Positions 23,722 to 24,000 of a DNA stretch of 24,000 bases are shown piece by piece (within the stretch, counting starts at the first letter, position 1; each line of letters begins with the position of its first letter). A program made the translations under genes and the position numbers. The DNA comes from Stellaceae bacterium. Its GTDB lineage: Bacteria; Pseudomonadota; Alphaproteobacteria; ATCC43930; CGMCC-115725. The notes below the pieces were generated by a model that saw only the letters and a list, made by a program, of their open reading frames with translations, was not told the origin of the DNA and did not search any database. Where the stretch lies: positions 151,185 through 175,184 of the forward strand of contig DASYAL010000060.1 in NCBI GenBank assembly GCA_036501365.1. Reading direction: 5' to 3'.

Positions 23722-24000
23722 ATGACAACAAAATTCGGAAGACGGGCGTTTCTCGCCGGCGTCGCGGCGAGCACCTTGCCGATGCCGGCGATCGCCCAGG
23801 CGTCGCCGGTACGCATCGGGCTGCTGACGATCAAGACCGGCTCCCTGGCCGAAGGCGGCATCCAGATGGAGCAGGGGATCCTGACCTTCCTCAAGGAGAA
23901 GAACAACACGCTCGCCGGGCGGAAGGTCGAGTTCATCTCGGCCGATACCGGCGGCAGCCCCGCCGGCGCCAAGACCAAGGCGCAAGAGCTGATCGAGCGC
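23722..24000 (+). CDS. LivK-like (branched-chain amino acid type) ABC substrate-binding protein with twin-arginine signal, N-terminal 93 codons; continues past the right edge
   Basis: My own translation gives MTTKFGRRAFLAGVAASTLPMPAIAQASPVRIGLLTIKTGSLAEGGIQMEQGILTFLKEKNNTLAGRKVEFISADTGGSPAGAKTKAQELIER. SD GGGGAGG at 23710-23716. RRAFLAG is a Tat-type motif, and IGLLT..G..A..G is typical of Peripla_BP_6 proteins. Confidence 0.85.
   Translation, partial: MTTKFGRRAFLAGVAASTLPMPAIAQASPVRIGLLTIKTGSLAEGGIQMEQGILTFLKEKNNTLAGRKVEFISADTGGSPAGAKTKAQELIER

Noticed and set aside
1-24000. Looked for CRISPR repeats, tRNA/rRNA-like sequences, IS/transposase/integrase genes, toxin-antitoxin pairs and phage-defence-like genes.
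   Set aside because: I noticed no repeat-spacer periodicity, no cloverleaf-like or rRNA-like conserved strings in the few intergenic gaps (all 226 nt or shorter), and no ORF with recombinase, nuclease or toxin motifs.

Overview
High-GC window (hand-sampled 60-nt lines in genes are about 62-78% G+C). It is densely packed with about 22 protein-coding genes and looks like chromosomal accessory or metabolic DNA from an alphaproteobacterium, possibly Rhizobiales-like; that origin is inferred from composition and protein families only. I found no rRNA, tRNA, CRISPR array, transposase, integrase or obvious repeat family. All family names come from motif recognition in the translations; no database search was run.

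Gene order, left to right:
- An ABC importer with a fused double permease and a truncated ATPase (minus strand).
- A secreted protein combining a carboxypeptidase-regulatory-like domain, a CXXCH motif and a 7-bladed propeller.
- A three-gene phosphorelay on the minus strand: a periplasmic CXXCH sensor PAS kinase, a tandem-receiver protein, and a receiver-gated histidine kinase. It has no DNA-binding output.
- A MetE-like Zn alkyltransferase, divergent from a TIM-barrel isomerase.
- An RpoD-like sigma factor paralogue with a clean intrinsic terminator.
- A five-gene operon: an AhpD/CMD-like protein plus a NitT/TauT-type ABC importer.
- A secreted LVIVD-repeat protein.
- Two divergent M24/creatinase-fold proteins with altered metal-ligand positions. 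They flank a visibly lower-GC gene for a membrane-anchored XRE regulator.
- A beta-hydroxyacid dehydrogenase.
- A TetR gene tightly linked to an acyl-CoA-dehydrogenase-fold monooxygenase.
- The start of a Tat-signal LivK-like binding protein.

The candidates most worth follow-up are the heme-c sensor phosphorelay with its convergent secreted CXXCH propeller protein, the extra RpoD-like sigma factor, and the degenerate M24 pair around the low-GC XRE-2TM gene. Most long ORFs in the supplied track that run antisense to or out of frame with these genes are high-GC artefacts.
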